2,878 nucleotides of DNA from Naegleria gruberi. Lineage: Eukaryota. The notes under the pieces were generated by a model. That model did not search any database and was not told the DNA's origin. It saw only the letters and a program-made list of their open reading frames with translations. Where the stretch lies: the NCBI GenBank assembly GCA_000004985.1, contig GG739241.1. One strand, given 5' to 3'. Below, one piece after another: positions 1-2,878 of the stretch. Within the stretch, counting starts at the first letter, position 1. Each line of letters begins with the position of its first letter. The position numbers were made by a program, and so were the translations under genes.

Positions 1-96
1 ACTCTCATTTCCAATAAAACAAATATTCAAATCAGTCAAGTGTTTCATTTCGCTAACGTGTTTAGCTCCTTCACTTCCACCAATATCAAGCAGAAC
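1..96 (-). pseudogene. Diverged LRR-homologous coding fragment (32 codons open to the window edge). Either a relic unit or the 5' end of a tandem paralog that needs a tiny intron or is pseudogenised.
   Basis: Minus-strand translation of 96..1 is VLLDIGGSEGAKHVSEMKHLTDLNICFIGNES. This matches the repeat consensus (LDISGNRIGDEGAKSISEMKQLTSLNIS) but with different codons (gct aaa cac gtt agc), so it is an older copy. The frame is open to position 1. An in-frame ATG lies at 166-168 (ATGagtttcctctaccaatctcgag…), but TGA codons at 106-108 and 97-99 interrupt it. Confidence 0.35.
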
Positions 97-224
97 TCAT
101 TTCACTCAAATATTTAACTCCTTATAGATCAGCCTGCAAAGACCTCGAGATTGGTAGAGGAAACTCATATTAAATTATGGAATATAAAAGTATATTATGT
201 TAGTATTACTAGATATGAGAGAGA

Positions 225-2003
225 TTAAATATAGAATTCATTAAGTGATGTTAATAATTTTGCTTCATCACTAATTCGATTGGCATAAACATCGAGTGAT
301 GTTAATTGTTTCATTTCACTTATGAATTTGGCTCCTGCATCACCAATTTCATTCTTAGAAATATCAAGTGATGTTAATTGTTTCATTTCACTTATGAATT
401 TGGCTCCTTCAACACCTATTTGATTGCCAGAAATATTAAGTGATGTTAATTGTTTCATTTCACTTATTGATTTGACTCCTTCATCATAAATTAGATTGCC
501 AGAAATGTCAAGTGATGTTAATTGTTTCATTTCACTTATGAATTTGGCTCCTTCACCACCAATTACATTCGTAGAAATATCAAGTGATATTAATTGTTCC
601 ATTTCACTTATAGATTTGACTCCTTCATCACCAATTCGATTGTTAGAAATATCAAGTGATGTTAATTGTTTCATTTCACTTATAGATTTGACTCCTTCAT
701 CACCAATTCCATTCTTATAAATAGTAAGTGATGTTAATTGTTTCATTCCACTTATGAATTTGGCTCCTTCACCATCAATTTCATTCTTGGAAATATTAAG
801 TGATGTTAATTGTTTGATCTCACTTATGAATTTGACTCCTTCACCACCAATTCGATTGTTAGAAATAGTAAGTGATGTTAATTGTTTCATTCCACTTATA
901 GATTTGGCTCCTTCATCATAAATTAGATTGTTAGAAATATCAAATGATGTTAATTGTTTCATTTCACTTATAGATTTGACTCCTTCATCACCAATTCGAT
1001 TGTTATAAATATCAAGTGATGTTAATTGTTTCATTTCACTTATCAATTTGGCTCCTTCATCACCAATTAGATTGCCAGAAATATTAAGTGATGTTAATTG
1101 TTTCATTCCACTTATAGATTTGACTCCTTCTACACCAATTAGATTGCCAGAAATATTAAGTGATGTTAATTGTTTCATTTCACTTATTAATTTGGATCCT
1201 TCTACATCAATTTCATTCGTAGAAATATTAAGTGATGTTAATTGTTTCATTTCACTTATTAACTTGGCTCCTTCACCACCAATTCGATTGTAAAATATGT
1301 CAAGTGATGTCAATTGTTTCATTTCACTTATGAATTTGGCTCCTTCACCACCAATTACATTCGTAGAAATATCAAGTGATATTAATTGTTCCATTTCACT
1401 TATAGATTTGACTCCTTCATCACCAATTCGATTGCCAGAAATATCAAGTGATGTTAAATGTTTCATTCCACTTATAGATTTGGCTCCTTCAACACCAATT
1501 ATATTGTTAGAAATATTAAGTGATGTTAATTGTTTCATTTCACTTATTGATTTGGCTCCTTCTATACCAATTCGATTGCCAGAAATATCAACTGATGTCA
1601 ATTGTTTCATTCCACTTATGAATTTGGGTTGTTCAAATGCATCAAGCGTCCAACTAGAAAATTTAACATTAACAATACAATTCATAAATTGACTCTTCCT
1701 GAATAATTCAATTCTCTTCAATGCAAATTTTTTTTTAAATTGAATAACAAGTTTTGAACGTTCCTTGATCACAGAAAGGAATTGTTTTGAAATCAAGGAA
1801 CAATTATTCAAAATAAACCACGAATCATCAATCATGCAAATTATTTCAAAACAAACATCATCCGAAAATATTTCTTGATCGAGTTTCACAATTTTTTTTG
1901 CTTTCTCTTCCAAATTATTATTATTATTATTATTATTAGTGAATATCTCCTCCGAATTAATGAATTGATGATTTTCAAAATCTTGTCTGTTTCGTTTGCT
2001 CAT
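225..2003 (-). CDS. F-box-like / leucine-rich repeat protein: N-terminal ~125-aa domain with poly-Asn tract and F-box-like motif, then ~19.5 tandem 24-aa RI/CC-type LRRs. Complete ORF, ATG at 2001-2003, TAA at 225-227.
   Basis: Seen in sequence: the longest ORF in the window (592 aa), ATG in an A-rich context (aaaaaaATG), TAA stop. The translation shows 19 consecutive 24-aa units fitting LxxLxLxxNxIGxEGAKxISEMKQ, the RI-like/LRR_6-type consensus. Residues ~41-86 (IFSDDVCFEIICMIDDSWFILNNCSLISKQFLSVIKE) align by eye to the F-box consensus LPdEIlleIfsyLdpkdLlrlrlVcKrWrslv. Residues 23-30 are N8. Product assignment is inferred from motif recognition, not from a database search. Confidence 0.85.
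   Translation of the reverse strand: MSKRNRQDFENHQFINSEEIFTNNNNNNNNLEEKAKKIVKLDQEIFSDDVCFEIICMIDDSWFILNNCSLISKQFLSVIKERSKLVIQFKKKFALKRIELFRKSQFMNCIVNVKFSSWTLDAFEQPKFISGMKQLTSVDISGNRIGIEGAKSISEMKQLTSLNISNNIIGVEGAKSISGMKHLTSLDISGNRIGDEGVKSISEMEQLISLDISTNVIGGEGAKFISEMKQLTSLDIFYNRIGGEGAKLISEMKQLTSLNISTNEIDVEGSKLISEMKQLTSLNISGNLIGVEGVKSISGMKQLTSLNISGNLIGDEGAKLISEMKQLTSLDIYNNRIGDEGVKSISEMKQLTSFDISNNLIYDEGAKSISGMKQLTSLTISNNRIGGEGVKFISEIKQLTSLNISKNEIDGEGAKFISGMKQLTSLTIYKNGIGDEGVKSISEMKQLTSLDISNNRIGDEGVKSISEMEQLISLDISTNVIGGEGAKFISEMKQLTSLDISGNLIYDEGVKSISEMKQLTSLNISGNQIGVEGAKFISEMKQLTSLDISKNEIGDAGAKFISEMKQLTSLDVYANRISDEAKLLTSLNEFYI
505..660. repeat. Higher-order near-identical duplicate block, ~2 LRR units, copy 1 (partner at 1297..1452)
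   Basis: Manual alignment of 505-660 with 1297-1452 gives ~155 bp with 3 mismatches (gttaat/gtcaat, gttaga/gccaga). The offset is 792 bp, exactly 11 x 72. Sequence flanking the block diverges at ordinary inter-unit levels. This is also reflected in the identical N-terminal 46 aa of the antisense ORFs 496..720 and 1297..1692. Confidence 0.8.
1297..1452. repeat. Higher-order near-identical duplicate block, copy 2 (partner at 505..660)
   Basis: Same alignment as above. In protein terms LRR units 3-4 (…SGNRIGDEGVKSISEMEQLISLDISTNVIGGEGAKFISEMKQLTSLDI…) are identical to units 14-15, differing only at one G/N position. Confidence 0.8.
1914..1937 (-). repeat. (ATT)8 / (AAT)8 trinucleotide microsatellite encoding N8 (residues 23-30) inside the CDS
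   Basis: 'attattattattattattattatt' read directly. On the coding strand it is eight consecutive AAT codons (TNNNNNNNNL). Confidence 0.9.
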
Positions 2004-2057
2004 TTTTTTAAAACAATTTTAAAAATCTGAGCGATAAAGTTTACATTTGTTCAAATG
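2004..2057 (-). promoter_or_regulatory. Immediate 5' flank of the LRR gene with A-rich translation start context (…gattttaaaattgttttaaaaaaATG). No Shine-Dalgarno motif.
   Basis: Minus-strand sequence upstream of the ATG is A/T-only for ~25 nt with an A6 run abutting the ATG. This is typical of AT-rich eukaryotes such as dictyostelids. No GGAGG-like motif occurs within 20 nt of the start. The promoter role is inferred from position only. Confidence 0.3.
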
Positions 2058-2109
2058 TTTCATCATCACAAGCTTGTCTAATTGGTGATTGCTGCTTGTG
2101 ATGATGAAA
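2058..2109. repeat. Perfect 16-bp inverted repeat (tttcatcatcacaagc … gcttgtgatgatgaaa) with a 20-nt spacer. Potential stem-loop or palindromic protein-binding site 55-106 nt upstream of the gene start.
   Basis: Left arm 2058-2073 and right arm 2094-2109 are exact reverse complements. The spacer 2074-2093 is ttgtctaattggtgattgct. The inner end of the left arm is itself palindromic (acaagcttgt, 2069-2078). Confidence 0.8.
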
Positions 2110-2700
2110 AACTGCATGAACAACAATTTTTCTATTAAATACTTTAGAAAATATCACTAATAAGTCAAGAGGATATCAGTATAAGGAATCTATTATTCAT
2201 TGGTGTCTTTTGGAAAATATTGAAAGGAAATGGCTCAGCTTTGAATTCTCAAACAGCCCTTGATAATGAAATATAAAGAAGAAATTGTTCCTTCCCAAAT
2301 TTTAAAATTTTTGAAAATATTAAAAATTGCTAGAGAGAATACAAAATACTTAGATATAGAGACAACTTACTTGGAAATTGGTATAGGTATTGTACCTTTC
2401 ATATAGGAGGTGAATATTCATTGTTTGCTCCATTATTTTACTGATGGTTCAGCTTAATTCAAACAATTTTCAAACAGGAGGTATTATTCTGCAAATTTTG
2501 AAAAGAAAATGCAACAAACAAGAAAGGGAAACTACTACAGTGAAGTTCAATCACCATTAGATGTTGTTTTTTGTCCAACTTTCAATTGAAAAATAGCAAC
2601 AACAACAAAAAACTAAAAAGAATAAGAAATTTGAATTATCAGGTGGACTTTTGTTAGAATAAGTGAAAAAAAATGACAGAACCATGTTAAGCAAGTATCT

Positions 2701-2714
2701 TTATATATAAATAG
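2701..2714 (+). promoter_or_regulatory. TATA-like element (ttatatataaatag); possibly a core promoter for a plus-strand gene beyond the right window edge
   Basis: Motif only. Many A/T runs in this flank could be picked instead. No ORF lies downstream within the window. Confidence 0.12.
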
Positions 2715-2878
2715 TTTGTTGTTTCGAACCAATACTAATTTTCAAAGTATCCGATAGTTCTCCACAAACTAATATTTTGAAAATTGTTAAAATTATTAGA
2801 ATTTTCACAACAAAAAATTCATCAATCAAAATTTATCTAATTACGACACGTCTCGTTTTCCAGACAAGTGATGTTTCA

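Larger units (their letters stand above)
241..1650 (-). repeat. 72-bp tandem repeat array encoding the LRR units: 19 units in exact 72-bp register plus a terminal unit shortened by 21 bp
   Basis: The core 'a[ag]tgatgtt' recurs at 295, 367, 439, 511, 583, 655, 727, 799, 871, 943, 1015, 1087, 1159, 1231, 1303, 1375, 1447, 1519 and 1591, exactly 72 bp apart. A truncated copy sits at 244, 51 bp from the next. Adjacent units share long identical stretches such as 'agtgatgttaattgtttcatttcacttat'. Confidence 0.9.

Noticed and set aside
97-168. Reading the two in-frame TGA codons as Trp (genetic code 4/6) to make a continuous ORF from ATG 166-168 into the LRR fragment
   Set aside because: The main gene uses TGG for both of its Trp residues and terminates at TAA, with no internal TGA, TAA or TAG. 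This is consistent with the standard code, and a reassigned TGA is not supported.
496-720. Plus-strand ORF (74 aa, proline/serine-rich 'SPPI…SSDVNCFISL' repeats)
   Set aside because: Lies antisense to the LRR array and is itself periodic with the same 72-bp unit. It is open only because the repeat happens to lack stop codons in this frame. It has no independent start context and its low-complexity sequence is an antisense-of-repeat artefact.
1048-1293. Plus-strand ORF (81 aa) antisense to the LRR array
   Set aside because: Same artefact as above: the antisense frame of the 72-bp repeat stays open across several units.
1297-1692. Plus-strand ORF (131 aa) antisense to the LRR array
   Set aside because: Same artefact. 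Its first 46 aa are identical to ORF 496..720 only because of the 792-bp-offset duplicated block.
2074-2093. Interpreting the 16-bp inverted repeat pair as terminal inverted repeats of a miniature transposable element
   Set aside because: The segment between the arms is only 20 nt, far too small for a MITE. No target-site duplication flanks the arms (g…a).
2406-2481. Two AGGAGG motifs (2406-2411, 2476-2481) resembling Shine-Dalgarno sequences
   Set aside because: No start codon lies at appropriate spacing (5-10 nt) followed by an ORF. The nearest ATG (2509) is 28 nt away and opens only a 26-codon frame. Other features of the window point to a eukaryotic-type context where SD motifs are irrelevant.
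2715-2735. 'ttgtttcgaacc' resembling a tRNA T-arm (GGTTCGAA)
   Set aside because: The flanks do not form the required 5-bp T-stem (attgg/caaca are not complementary) on either strand. No acceptor stem or anticodon arm could be built. Not a tRNA.
2865-2878. Right window edge ends with 'caagtgatgtttca', matching the 11-nt core (caagtgatgtt) of the 72-bp LRR unit. This could be the C-terminal end of another minus-strand LRR paralog upstream (minus-frame …ETSLVWKTRRVVIR* ending at TAA 2833-2835).
   Set aside because: Only 11-14 nt of similarity, at the very edge of the window. The implied peptide does not follow the LRR consensus beyond 'TSL'. It cannot be distinguished from a chance match in AT-rich DNA without more sequence to the right.

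Overview
The window is AT-rich (roughly 70% A+T) and eukaryote-like, dominated by one complete 592-aa gene on the minus strand (225..2003). That gene has an N-terminal ~125-aa region carrying an (AAT)8-encoded poly-Asn tract and an F-box-like motif, followed by about 19.5 tandem 24-aa leucine-rich repeats of the ribonuclease-inhibitor/cysteine-containing class (consensus LTSLDISGNRIGDEGAKSISEMKQ). At the DNA level the LRR region is a strikingly homogeneous 72-bp tandem array: 19 units in perfect 72-bp register plus a shortened terminal unit, with a near-identical 2-unit block duplicated 792 bp (11 units) away. At the left window edge (1..96, minus strand), directly downstream of the gene, lies a more diverged LRR-homologous coding fragment. 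It has an in-frame ATG upstream at 166..168 but is interrupted by two in-frame TGA codons, so it is either a relic or the start of a tandem paralog continuing off the window. The 875 bp to the right of the gene (2004..2878) has no long ORF. It contains an A-rich 'aaaaaaATG' start context, a perfect 16-bp inverted repeat with a 20-nt loop 55-106 nt upstream of the ATG, a TATA-like element and a 46-codon small ORF. No ribosome-binding site precedes the big ORF. Together with the poly-Asn tract, A-rich start context, long ORF-free flank and F-box/LRR architecture, this points to an amoebozoan-type protist, possibly an amoeba-infecting giant virus or, less likely, an amoeba-associated AT-rich bacterium. 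I could not assign an organism. No rRNA, tRNA, CRISPR or recognisable transposon is present. The three plus-strand ORFs in the track are antisense artefacts of the repeat array.
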